Assembly (NCBI GenBank): GCA_002104905.1
Contig: MCFE01000711.1
Location: 1-42,888 of the forward strand
Origin: Basidiobolus meristosporus CBS 931.73
Taxonomy: Eukaryota > Fungi > Basidiobolomycota
Length of the DNA: 42,888 nt
Direction: 5' to 3'
Of this stretch, positions 1-10,876 are shown piece by piece. The position numbers were made by a program, and so were the translations under genes. A model generated the notes under the pieces. It had not been told where the DNA came from. It searched no databases and saw only the letters and a list, made by a program, of their open reading frames with translations. Positions within the stretch are counted from its first letter, which is position 1, and every line of letters starts with the position of its first letter.

Positions 1-627
1 CGAGGTGGCTTTCAACGGGTAAGGTCGGGCGATGCTGAAGAAACACTTCGCCTCGGGATTCCCTTTTCTATACGCGTGCCCTTGGGCTTCTAACATTACG
101 AACCTATCATCCTTCTTTCGGAAACGGTAGAAGAGTTTGAACTGGTGCTCCTCCAACGACTGTTTGATATCCCGTATGAAGATATCCACGTCATCCACAT
201 GGATGAAGTCCACGATATTCCTCCCTATCAGCTCGGTGGGGGAGTACCCTACCAGCGCCATCGAGGAGGGTGAGCAGTACATAAAACACCCGGCCGGGTT
301 GATAACATAATAGAAGTCCGGTAGCTGGTCGATGATGCGATGTGACCAGTTCTTTCGTTTCGTGAACTCGATTAGATAGGAATTGCTGATGGGATAGACG
401 GTTTTGGTTTGGGTGGAGCCAGCGGTGGAGGAATTCGGCTTCAAGGCGAAAATGTGGTTGGCGAACAGGTTGCTGCGTGAACTTGAGCCGTTGGCAGTGC
501 TGCTGGTTGCTTTCACATTGGAATTGTTGTAGGAAGGTTGTGAACGTGAGGTGATACTAGGACTGTTGTTAGAGTTACCTGGCTCGCAAGAACTAGGGGT
601 ACAAGGATTAGAGGTGCCAAAATCCAT
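1..627 (-). CDS. wc-2: White collar-2-like PAS-domain transcription factor, 5' part (209 codons; continues beyond the window edge)
   Basis: Manual translation is open from ATG 627 (context CCAACATGG) to base 1: MDFGTSNP...YLIEFTKRKNWSHRIIDQLPDFYYVINPAGCFMYCSPSSMALVGYSPTELIGRNIVDFIHVDDVDIFIRD...FKLFYRFRKKDDRFVMLEAQGHAY. The EFTKRxNW...HxDD...LFYRFRKKD...E.xGH pattern is the WC-2 PAS region as I recall it. The GATA finger would lie outside the window, so orthology is unconfirmed. Confidence 0.8.
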   Translation of the reverse strand, partial: MDFGTSNPCTPSSCEPGNSNNSPSITSRSQPSYNNSNVKATSSTANGSSSRSNLFANHIFALKPNSSTAGSTQTKTVYPISNSYLIEFTKRKNWSHRIIDQLPDFYYVINPAGCFMYCSPSSMALVGYSPTELIGRNIVDFIHVDDVDIFIRDIKQSLEEHQFKLFYRFRKKDDRFVMLEAQGHAYRKGNPEAKCFFSIARPYPLKATS

Positions 628-1176
628 GTTGGCCAGTGGGAAGTGAAAGCTGGGGGCTTGGCAGGTAGGGGAGGCGGTATATGGGAAAACTAGGAGTGTG
701 CTAGAGAGGCTTGTCAGGCAGCCAAATACTGTACGTAGGGGGGGGGGTTGCTACTGATGAATGGTCACTCTGCAAGTGAGAAAATGCTGATTTGGACGGT
801 CGAGGTAAATATTCCGCGCAAAGGGGCTTAATCGGCCCATTTGTAGTCCTCGGCAGCCAATTGGAACGGCCATCGAAAGGGCTCATAAAAGGTACAACCT
901 GAACCAGCTGACGAAGGTATGATAGTGCATGATATGGTTTCCCCAAACTGAACCCACTTCAAGCCAGTGATGAAGAAACCTAGCGTCAGATCGGAATTTT
1001 GTATGGGACTAACCGATCTGTAGGCTGGTCAGGAAATGATCCTGAAATACACATCATGGCCAATTGCGAAGGAGTCCCGTAATAAATTGGATGGTTGGTC
1101 AGTGGATAATATATGTTTATTTAGTACAATTGATGATAAATGGCGGGTGTATACAAATATAGAGGTGATCGGGAGA

Positions 1177-2548
1177 TTAGGCCCACTTGCCAGCATGCTC
1201 GTTGTCGTGGACTTCCTCCGGCTTGCTCTTCTCAGCAGCCTGCTGAGCATGAAGCAACTTGGTGCGACTGATCTCGGTGCGGAGATCCTCCTGTCTTAGG
1301 GAGATTCGGTCGGAGAAATGATGGTTAGTGTCGCGGTGAAGGGCCTCGTCAGCACGAACGGCGAGCACGACATCCCTGATAGTGGCGGATTTTTGTAGGT
1401 TCCAGTAGTCGATGGCGATCTGGGGCGCTGGCTTGTTCTCGATTCGTCCCTCGTCAATCTCCTTCAAGAAGCCCGTGTACGAGATGACGGCCTCTTCCTC
1501 GAGATAGCCAACAATCCTGCGCAACAGCAAATGCCATGAGCAATCGGGATGCGCCAGCCATATCCTGATAAGCCACTTACCTATGGGCAGTCTTGGGCGT
1601 GCACAGATAGAACAGGAAGAAACAGTTGAAGAATACCCCCTGTGCGCTGGGTTAGTCAATGATCGCCCGCATTGCTATTTGCCGTGGTCAATGTTACCTG
1701 AACCGCTGTTACAAGCATCCTCTCAAGGAGTGTGGGTTGGCAGACTTTCATCCAAGTAAGCAGATGCATTCTGTGGAGCGAAACGGGTGAGACACTATAG
1801 AACCAATCAGTCCATACTGCTTGGGATTTACCTTTCGTTCTCTGCCTCGTGTAAAAGATGGGTGATCCAGCCTGGAAGGGACAAATTAGTATCGGTGGGT
1901 TCCAGATGAATCTATCTGCGCATATGGTTACCTCCATCATGCTTCATCTTGCGGAGACTTCTGAGGTGACGAATGACCGCTGATGGAAATCATGTCAATA
2001 CTCGATCCACATATCCAATCTGGCGAGTTTCCTTACCTCCAACCATTCCAGGCACTGCAGCAACCGTTTCGAGGGCCTGTTCAAAGAGGGGTTTGTGGTT
2101 AGTGCACGAGATTCCCTCGGGGCTCGACGATCTGGATACCTACCACTGCGCGATGCATGTACTTCTTTCGGAAGAAGAGATCGGCGGGAATCCGCAAGGA
2201 CTTGACCACGGTGAGGGCCACCTTGTCACCGAATGTGATGGGCTCGCGATGCTTGGTCAATCCAATGTCCCACTTCTCGAGTTCCTCCGAGGAGAGTTGG
2301 CGGGAAATGAAGGCATTGCGAATCGCCTTGGGGTGGACATCGTTCAGAAGCTCCTCGGGGATTTTGTAGAGTTCAGGATTCACGACGGATTTCTTCTCAT
2401 CCTTGTAAGGCTGGAGATGTAGTTGACGTGCCAACACTGGTGTTGCACGGGCCATCGAGTAGCGTAGCTGGGCGGAGGCCAGCAAAGAGGTTGAAACACC
2501 GGCCATCGACTTGGAAGCCAGAAGTTGAGAAGTTCTCAGCGCGTTCAT
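1177..2548 (-). CDS. AOX: Mitochondrial alternative oxidase, 7 exons, 334 aa. Exons: 2548-2144, 2076-2037, 1979-1932, 1871-1832, 1770-1698, 1639-1581, 1516-1177
   Basis: Six GT-AG introns (67, 57, 60, 61, 58, 64 nt) splice into one 1005-nt frame. All di-iron motifs are present: [40 protein letters not shown]. The N-terminus is Arg/Ser/Leu-rich and presequence-like. Branch sites CACTAAC and GACTAAC are visible in introns 1 and 5. Confidence 0.96.
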
Positions 2549-2617
2549 GATGAATGAGTTAGCAGTTGCTATTGCAGTTGTTGTTGTTTTCTGCTGAGCT
2601 GGGTGGCCACATCATTG

Positions 2618-2625
2618 TATATATA
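2618..2625 (-). promoter_or_regulatory. Probable TATA element of AOX
   Basis: TATATATA ~70 nt upstream of the AOX ATG, followed on the coding strand by a CAA-rich leader. Confidence 0.5.
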
Positions 2626-2664
2626 GAGGCTGGAAAATCGCTGGCTTGGTGAATCCATGTAGGC

Positions 2665-2677
2665 CGGGAGCAATCGG
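2665..2677. promoter_or_regulatory. CGG-N7-CGG motif (AIM-like Zn2Cys6 site), proximal
   Basis: CGG gagcaat CGG, ~120 nt upstream of the AOX ATG; same spacing as the Neurospora aod-1 induction motif. Confidence 0.4.
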
Positions 2678-2801
2678 AGGGGCCGACATGTAAATTTCGC
2701 TTGGATTGAAATCTTGGAGACGCACCTCTTGATCAGTTTTGTTTATTCCTTCCGAATCCGTAAGGCATCTCATATTCACGCTATTCCTATTCTTGGACCA
2801 T

Positions 2802-2814
2802 CGGAACGGAGCGG
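2802..2814. promoter_or_regulatory. CGG-N7-CGG motif, distal, in a cluster of five CGG triplets (2802-2830)
   Basis: CGG aacggag CGG. Confidence 0.33.
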
Positions 2815-3752
2815 GCGGGGATGGCTGCGGTTAGTGATTGAATGGCCACTTCTTCGGAAACTCTAGGATGTGTGTGGGTTTGGGATGGTGCATGCAGAAT
2901 CGCTCATAGTTAGGTTGCATAATGGTTGACGATATACGTATGCCAGCACTTCTCTTGAGCACGCGAAAGTGGCTCTCTTCGCTGTCTACGAGCAACCCTA
3001 GTCCACTCGGGCGCCCGTTCCAAGTACATGCGGTCGCCGGCCGAGTGTGGAATGACTTCACTGCTGGATTCAACTGACAGGTGTGTCGGGTATGAAAGTG
3101 GCACAGGAGTAATGATCGTCGGAAAATCAAATAATTCTAAATTTAGTGCTGTGGTGTAGTCAAGTTTACCCTTCGACCAAATCCATACTGGAGGGTGTCA
3201 TCTTGAGTTAAAACGTGATACCTACTTCCGTCTGAGCAATGGCTATGGCTGTGATCCTCGATTAGTGAACATTGGTGGCCATGTGAGGAGCACCATGATG
3301 ACAGTGGTGAGGGGTTTGTGTGACCCTATCGGCCAATTTCGTACATTCCCCTAGTTAATTCGTTGGGCAGGAATCCGAAATCTTCCTTGATGCCATCGAC
3401 CTCTCCTATACTTGGCAATGGCCAAATTACTAAGCGCTCTTCTGTATCCACAGTTGGATTGGCCAGCAATTAAGAGTGCTCAACTGCCTTGTCAAATTAG
3501 GCTTCTGGAAAGCTTAAGCTCAACCCAAAATCCGATCGGAGATTGGTCCCAGTCATGCCGCCCGCATTAAGGGTCTATTACTCCCGGCCATTTGCAATCA
3601 CTAGACTCCATTGCCTCTTGAAGCTCATGTTCTGGCGCGGAGCAGTCACCTTGCTTTAACCAGCCATTACCCTGCCGCATGATTTCGCTTTATGAACTTT
3701 CCTGGCTACCTTCTGGGGCTGGCTGCATAGCACTCTTGCTTTGGTGATTGGC

Positions 3753-4378
3753 CTACACTGGAGTAAGCAAGGTGGGACTGAGGAGCTTACCATCGAAAGG
3801 GGACATTTGGCCAATTTCCAGCTTTATTGGAGGCTCCCTCGCCACTGGATCTAGTGACTTGCTCTGTACTGCCTGACGAACGCCATTTCTATCCTTTCTC
3901 CCTGTGGCACACCAAATCTCGAAATCTTCCAACGACCAGATCCACCGTCTCAATTCTGATCAAGGCCGGCTAGTCGTTGCGGACCTGGTTGCCAACTGTT
4001 CTTCGTCCCACATATGCATCCGAATTGCTTTTGGGTGGCATTGAGTTGGTCGCTTACAATTGGTAAATCCAAGGCAACCAAATGAAACCTGTTCCAAGGC
4101 ACATGCTTGGATATGGTGACCACTATGGCACGGGCAGTGATAGACATCTGAATCCATCCCCCGTTTCGTTTATATCTGGTTGCTACCCAGTTCGTCAGCA
4201 ACTCTGACACTTCCAAATTTGTCCCAGACGTAAGTGATCAATTTCTCGCATTATTCACCATTCCTGAGGATTTCTTCATCAGCCATCACAGCAATTGGCG
4301 AATCTGTATGCAATATATTCCCACCACAAAGATATCCCCAAGTCAACTTGATCAGGAAGCTGGTAGGCTCCAACACCA
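3753..4378 (-). pseudogene. Possible degenerate coding frame of unknown origin
   Basis: One frame joins track ORFs 3960-4157 and 3753-3953 and extends to ~4378, with only 3 internal stops (TAA, TAA, TGA) in ~208 codons. No recognisable homology. Confidence 0.25.
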
Positions 4379-4379
4379 A

Positions 4380-4925
4380 AATTAACTAGTCCCAATTGTG
4401 ATCTAATATATTCAAATTTGTCACTAGCTGATGGTTTGGTAAATATGTCAGCAATCATTTCATTGGTAGGACAGTAAACCAAGTTAACTAAGTTATTCTC
4501 TACGGCTTCCCATATGAAATGATGTCTAGTATCTAAGTGCTTAGTTCTAGTATGAAAAGTTGGATTTCTACCTAATTGTATACATCCTTGATTATCCTGA
4601 AACAAAGTGATAGGCGTTTTTTGACATAGGCCTAAATCTGAAAAAAGCTTTGTTACCCACATTGCTTCTCTTGTAGCTTCACAGGCTGCCGTATACTCTG
4701 CCTCTGTGGTAGAAAGTGCTATGGTTGGTTGCTTTCTTAAATTCCTTGAAATTGCTCCTTTATAGTAAATTGTTGTAAATTTTGTAATCACACCAAACTT
4801 TTACCTAATTTAGTCACTAAGATCATTACCTATAAATCCTAGAGAACTCTGACCCAACTCCTTGTTGGGACTTTGAATATTTTCACCAAAATATCAGGTA
4901 TCCAGAACATGAAATTTTGGGACCT
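4380..4925 (-). mobile_element. pol: Ty1/copia pol fragment (RNase H end), relic of a family distinct from the element at 32406-42037
   Basis: KQPTIALSTTEAEY...DNQGCIQLGRNPTFHTRTKHLDTRHHFIWEAVENNLVNLVYCPTNEMIADIFTKP; left boundary approximate. Confidence 0.9.
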
Positions 4926-4944
4926 TCATGCACATATTCTGCAT

Positions 4945-6526
4945 GCTGCAAACTCATCTACCTCACTGGAGTATAGCTCAACTGGCTGCGCTCCCAACTC
5001 TTGTGAAAACAGCTGTTTTCTTGTTGGTAATTCTTCTTGACTATGATGGGGTTCAGTCTGTTCTGGGCTTATGGTGTTAATTGGCAAGAACCACAGCTTT
5101 TTTCTTATGCTTTGCTGTCTCTGGCTTGGGTAGACTTTTTTCCCTTTCCCTCTTCCTTTATCACTGCCAGGTACTTCACTGCCACTTTGTATGAGTGCTT
5201 CTTGTATTGAACTACATTTTCTCCTTGATAAATGCTGCACTGATGCATCTGTTTTGGCCTGCTTGTCCCTTGCTAGCACTCTACAGGTAACCTGACACTT
5301 CTTTCCCACTTGTTTCAAGCTCTCAGCCCATGTTGTGATGGGCTCCTGAGATAGCTGCTGTTTCTATCACTGCTTGGTTCTTCACTGCTACCTTGAATGA
5401 GTGCTTCTTGAGTGAAACTATGCTTTGTCCTCAATTAATGTTATGCTGGTGCATCCATGCATGCCTGCTAGTCCCTTATTGGCACTCTTCCAGCTACCCA
5501 ATGCCTCTTTGATGCTTGTTTGGAGCTTTTGGCCCACTTGTAATAGGCTCTTGAGGAAGCCACTGATTTTTAGCTGTTGCATCCCTGTTTTTCTGCCTTT
5601 GAGAGTTTCTGCTATTCTTGGGATACTTCCTTAGCATACCAATATTGGCCCAAAATCCATGTGCTTGTTTGAATCCAGGATACTGCTCATGCAACAAGTC
5701 AAGTACATTATGCTTTGCCTTGAGTTCCTGATGGTCCCATGTTATGCCAGCCTTAAGGTGTTGGTGCACTTGACTTCTAAAGGCCTCTTGAATATTAGCC
5801 CACTCATCACCATTGCACTCAATGGCTTCATGGATCTACAATGTCTTTTGATTTTTAGGCTTTGGTATAAACACTACTGCTTCTTGCTCCCTTGCAGTGA
5901 TAGGTTTTTCTGAGGGCTTTATCTTTGGGCACTGTTGCTGTGCTTCAAAGAGTGTACAGTATTCCTCTGCTGTTACATTGGGAAATGGCTCAATTCTTGG
6001 CTGTGACATTGAGCTACTTGAGTTACCTCTTTACATTAAGGATACTGCTTTCTCTACCTGGGATACTGATTGCTTTACACATATCATCCACTCATCTGGT
6101 TTCTGGACTATTTCCTGATTTCCCTGGGCCATTGCATCTATCCTATCAGCCACTACACCTATTTGCCTCATTAATGCTTTGGTATGAGCTAACAATATAC
6201 TTGCTAATATGGGTTGTGACAATGTTATGACAGCCACATGCTGATCTTCAACTGAAGGTGTAGCTTTTGCTACATTCTCATCTACCTGAGCTCCATGGTC
6301 AGCCTGCAGCTCTGCTGAGATTCTCAATTGCCTACTGGACTGAGAGCCCAAGGACTCCACATTATTACCTTCAGTGGGCACACTGTCAACATGGCCTTTT
6401 TTGGTTGTAGCCCCATTTGTTGCACTGAATGTCAAAGTAAGCTGTTGTCCTGCTGTTCTTCTGCTGCAGTCAGTGGGGGGGGGTTTGGCTGGGAACAGAC
6501 AACTTTGCTTTATTTTTTGGTGGCAT
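4945..6526 (-). pseudogene. ORF2 (accessory protein, unknown function) of copy A, disrupted by stops and frameshifts
   Basis: Track ORFs 6031-6540, 5494-5769 and 4926-5318 are pieces collinear with copies C, D, F and G. Confidence 0.75.
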
Positions 6527-6653
6527 AAATATGGAAGCAAGTCAAACCAAAGGGGAAATGGTGTTACATATACATGTATATATTGTGCCAGAACTTTATC
6601 TATAATGCCTACTATGGCAGATCATCATTGAATCTTACATTCATGTAGGTGCA

Positions 6654-7791
6654 ATGTCTCAAATACAAGGCTCTCCTAAATTCAGATGAGTATTGACAAA
6701 AAAATTATATAATAGTGTTATGTTGTTGAGTGTCAAGCTGTTTGCCCCACAGACAAGACTACTTTAATTCAATGCCATAAGAGAAGAGAAAAAAGACCAT
6801 GTGACTATTGTAGGAAGCCTCTCATCCATGAAGCACACAGACAGCATAGGAAGTATTACAATGATCATGGACAGTGTTTTGCCACAAAAGTCATATTTGA
6901 CCATTCATCAGTCACTACTGTACCAACAATATCTTGCCAGCCAGTTGATGCTTCTATAATGATACCTGACCATACTTGTCCCCTTTTGGAAACTGAGTTA
7001 GGTGAGATTGTGACACCTTTAGGCTCACCCCAGCCTTCTGAATATGGCATGCAGAATGATAGCTCTGAAGAAGCAGGCTTACTGAAGGACTGTGAGCCTG
7101 TCTCCCCTAATAACAGTACCCTGCATGAGCACCACAAAATCCCAATATGCAATCAGACAACACCCATGGAGAAAATGCCAAGAATACTTTATGGAGTCAA
7201 GTGAGCACAGTAATCCATCTATTGGTGAATGATGTGATGTTGTGGCTATAGAAGTGGTGCATTTCCATAAATATCCGTAATGGGGGCTTTGAGGATTTAC
7301 TAATACCTCTTGCCAAAATCATCTCAGGATGCAACTTACCTTGTGCATGCTACAAATGGATGATAATCATGCAGCAGACAACATATGACCCAGAGACCAT
7401 CCTGATACCAGCATATTTTAATGGTTGCATGGCATTCACATCAGAAAATGCCACCATTGCAGAGTGTCTAGCTTGTCAGGAATCCACTACCAATGGGGGA
7501 AAGCATTGTTCACACTCCAGATATATTCTGGTATTACCTCATCTAAAGAAGCCTATGTTGTCTAACAAATATTGTGAAGCTATATTGTACCACACTCAGT
7601 ATCAATCAAGTGCAAACATATCCAATATATTTGATGGCAAACATTACAAACAGCTAAGAAGCAAGGCCTACCTTCAAGGTATTCATTACCATGCATTTGC
7701 CTTGTTACTTGATGGATTCTCACTAAACAAGTACTCTACAAGCAAATCCTGCTGGCTACTGATTCTCATTGACCAGAATCTGCCACCTATA
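6654..7791 (+). pseudogene. CACTA-type (Tnp2/Transposase_21-like) transposase, N-terminal half, disrupted
   Basis: N-terminal Cys/His cluster, C-x2-C region and the DGF motif (track ORF 7360-7806). Confidence 0.85.
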
Positions 7792-8447
7792 CCCTATGAA
7801 AAATAATTTGGTCCTGGGGGTGGATGTGATCTGGATCAGCCTTCAAGAGCATGTCAGGAGACTGTAATAATACTGGCAGCTTGGAATTAATGACTATCTA
7901 CATAATCTTGTGATGGAATCATAACAGCATTTTGCTAATTTTACAGCAAAATAAAGTTGATAAAATATGATGGTGCTCATAGGTTTTTTGCCAAGGGTAG
8001 CATGACATTGTTGTGGTCTTAGTGTGCTTTACAACAATATGAGTGGATCTAACCAGCCAGTACATCCAGTTGCCTTATATGGCAAAAAAACTGACGGTGT
8101 TTTGACAGCCTCTTTGCAATACTTTGATGGCATTATATCATCAGTATGGTGGCCTACAGCTAGTTCTGTATAATGCTACCATACCAATTTACCAAATGGT
8201 ATTTCCTTTCTCTACCTCCCCTTGTGCAAATTATATATTCCACAGTAGAATCACCCCACTTTATTTGCTTACCCACTACTACCTTTGGTATTCCACATAT
8301 AGTTTGAATCAAAAAGTACTATGGCCTCCTGTTTACTAACCTCTACAAACATGCAGACCTGCCGCAATTGATATTCTTCTATCACCTCAACTTTATGGCT
8401 TTCTAGTGTGATGCTTTCAAAGTTGCCATATATCTTGTATTGCAGGT
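7792..8447 (-). mobile_element. CACTA/CMC-like copy B: transposase-side terminus and 3' region
   Basis: Begins CCCTATGAAAAAT at 7792; 7850-8445 is the reverse complement of 23250-23850. Confidence 0.7.
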
Positions 8448-8766
8448 CCCTATGAAAAATTATAGTGATGATCCCATCAAAAAGCCATCACAAAGTTAAA
8501 GTCCTGTGACTGAGAGGTACTGATCCCACCAGGACACCATCCAGAGACAATTTAAAAATAGTTGCACCCCAGATCTCAAAAAAATTTAGTCAAATTTTTC
8601 ATCACAACAATGTATAAGTGGCTTTTGATTGGTTCCCTGCCAATTTGCTCACTTTCTGACCCCAAACACTCTATCACCTCCTACATTTGTGTGCATTGAT
8701 TGGCTATTGCCTCTTTTTCACACTCCTTACTTCCTGACTCCACAGTTTCACTTACTTTTCATGCAT

Positions 8767-9837
8767 TGTAGTGGGGTGACAGTGACACCAACTGACAGAT
8801 GTGCTCATTCCCTTATTTTCTACTTCCCTATATCTCTACTACACTTATTTTAGTTTTATCCCATTTGTCTTACCCAATCAGTACTATCCCATAAGCCAGT
8901 TGACTATCACACCTGCTTACCTTGTCACATAAGTTACCCCTCACTTTATGTAAGATTACTAGCTATAAGTGCTTCTATATTAGGCAAGTACCCACGCCGG
9001 TACCCAGGACACATGATCAACCCATGTCACAGTCCCTACTATTTCCATACCATATATGGTATCCCTATGTTACACAGGTTTCAGTATACTGATTCCTGAT
9101 TGGTTGAATGTGCTGTGCCTCTTAGAACCTTCCGGCACCTACTTAGAACATTCTTAGGTCATTCTGTTGTCATTAAGATTTCTATTGATATCCGGAACCT
9201 TCTGGAACACCATGATTAGTAATCACTTAGCCAGTAAGAAAAGTATATAAGGGAGGCTATCCCCCAACAATAAATCATCATCCCTTTTATCAATATACCA
9301 ACTTGTTGATTAGTGTGATCACTGCTACCTGCTGCTACCTGAACTTCCAACTCCAGACCACAGGACACTCCCAGGAAACCACGCTGACAGCCAACTGACC
9401 TTGGAGGCACTACTTGTGAGGAATACTCAGAGTAGGTATCATTTATTATATTTGATTCTTTCCCAAGTTTGTTCTTGTACAAGCAAAGATACTTTTCTGT
9501 CTTTGTAGCTATTGACCACAGCTGCATTCTTATCAAGTCCCTGCTGGTGGAGTTTACAGTTGTTTTGACTTTGGAAGCTTTAGTACATTGTCATCTCAAA
9601 GGACACTGAACCCAGCACATACTTTTGTTAAGATGCCAACTAAGTTGGGGATTGTAGCTCAATAGTTTTCCCTTGACAAGCTTGTGGCTTTATTCCCCTT
9701 CACATTAGATTAGAGACAGAACCCAAGTATTCCTAGCAAGCTTTTGCCAGAGGTTATTGCACCCAGTGAACACCCCACACACAAAACACTTAAGAAGTGT
9801 TGGACATATCTCTCCCTTGGACCTATACACCACCACA
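8767..9837 (+). mobile_element. Solo LTR, 1071 bp (probably Ty3/gypsy type; internal region not in window)
   Basis: TGTAGTG...CACCACA ends; 4-bp TSD GCAT (8763-8766) / GCGT (9838-9841); TATATAA then AATAAA at ~9245-9275; host sequence rejoins collinearly with copy D. Confidence 0.85.
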
Positions 9838-10072
9838 GCGTACAAATTGATTTATCTCCGTTGAAAATTCAGTTGTACCTCAATTGCCAATTGTATTGAC
9901 CTATACAAGTCCCTATACCCTACACTAACATTAAGCCCAACCCCACACTCAACAAGTAGCTCCATAAAAATCCACCACTCAATAAGTATTTCTGCTGTAA
10001 TGCTCTGGTTTCATGACTTTGGCAGGAACCCAACAGCTTTATGCTACTGCTCATTCACTGGTTCCAACACGT

Positions 10073-10876
10073 TGTGGTAGGGTAAACATACCTCCCACAG
10101 ACAAGTTTATTCATATAGTCATTATGATATACTTATCCATATTTTATCTTATCAGTATTATCCCATTCTTCTTTTGCCCATATTATCAGTATTATCCCCA
10201 TATGATGTTTACCCTGATTAGTTATTAGCATTAGTTATCCCAGATGTTATTCAGCTTTGTGATCAGTATATGTATCTACATAAGGCAAGTACCCGCATCG
10301 GTACCTGTGACACATGACCTAGGTCTGTGTCACCATCCCTACCATTTCAATACCATATATGGTATTTCTATGTTGCACAGGTTTCAGACTACTGATTCCT
10401 GATTGGTTGAGTGTGCTGTGCCTTTTAGAACCTTCCAGGACATTCTTGGTATATTTTTAGCTCATAGTGATGTCATCAAGAATTTCACTGATACCTAGAA
10501 TCTTCTAGAACCTTGTCATTAGTAATCACTTGGCAATCAGGAAAAGTATCCAAGGGAAAGCAATCCCTCATCAATAAATCATCCCTTCTATCAGTAACAC
10601 TTCTACCTTATTGATTAGCAGTTGATCACTGCACCTGCCTTCAACAGTACATCTCAGACCTGCCATCAAGGAGCTTTTCAGGGTAGTGCACAAGACACAC
10701 AGAGGCCTTTGGAGACACTTGGAGCACCTAGGAAGCTAGAGAAGCAGGAGCTTTTACCATAGTGACATATTGGCAAAGATACCAGCAGTTTAGACACAGA
10801 GGTTATTGCACCCATCAGACACCTCACACACCTTGAGTTGTGTAGCTTCTCCCAGGAGTACCTCTACACCACCACA
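10073..10876 (+). mobile_element. Solo LTR, 804 bp, related subfamily
   Basis: TGTGGTA...CACCACA ends; 4-bp TSD ACGT (10069-10072) / ACAT (10877-10880); shares the AGGCAAGTACCC...TTAGAACCTTCC block with 8767-9837. Confidence 0.85.

Larger units (their letters stand above)
4945..7791. mobile_element. CACTA/CMC-like transposon copy A (internal part): accessory ORF2 on minus, transposase on plus
   Basis: Divergent starts ATG 6526(-) MPPKNKAKLS and ATG 6654(+) MSQIQ. Tnp2-type motif NIFDGKHYKQL...LLDGFSLNKYSTSKSCWLLILIDQNLPP. Truncated at 7791 by another terminus of the same family. Confidence 0.85.

Noticed and set aside
701-1299. Track ORFs 701-946, 1029-1250 and 1036-1299
   Set aside because: Short, no recognisable motifs; they fall in the AOX 3' end / wc-2 promoter interval or antisense to AOX.
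1973-2422. Plus-strand ORFs 1973-2422 and 2157-2369
   Set aside because: Antisense shadows of AOX exons.
2831-3130. ORFs 2831-3130 and 2910-3104 upstream of AOX
   Set aside because: No homology cues, non-ATG start for the longer one; probably promoter DNA.
4124-4141. CPCHSG resembling the Rieske CPCHGS motif
   Set aside because: Residue order is wrong, there is no partner CxHxGC motif and no other similarity.
4279-4379. C-terminal extension of the copia RNase H ORF, or a copia LTR starting TGTTGG at ~4378
   Set aside because: No polypurine tract and no second LTR copy; similarity to copia ends at ...QLGLVN.
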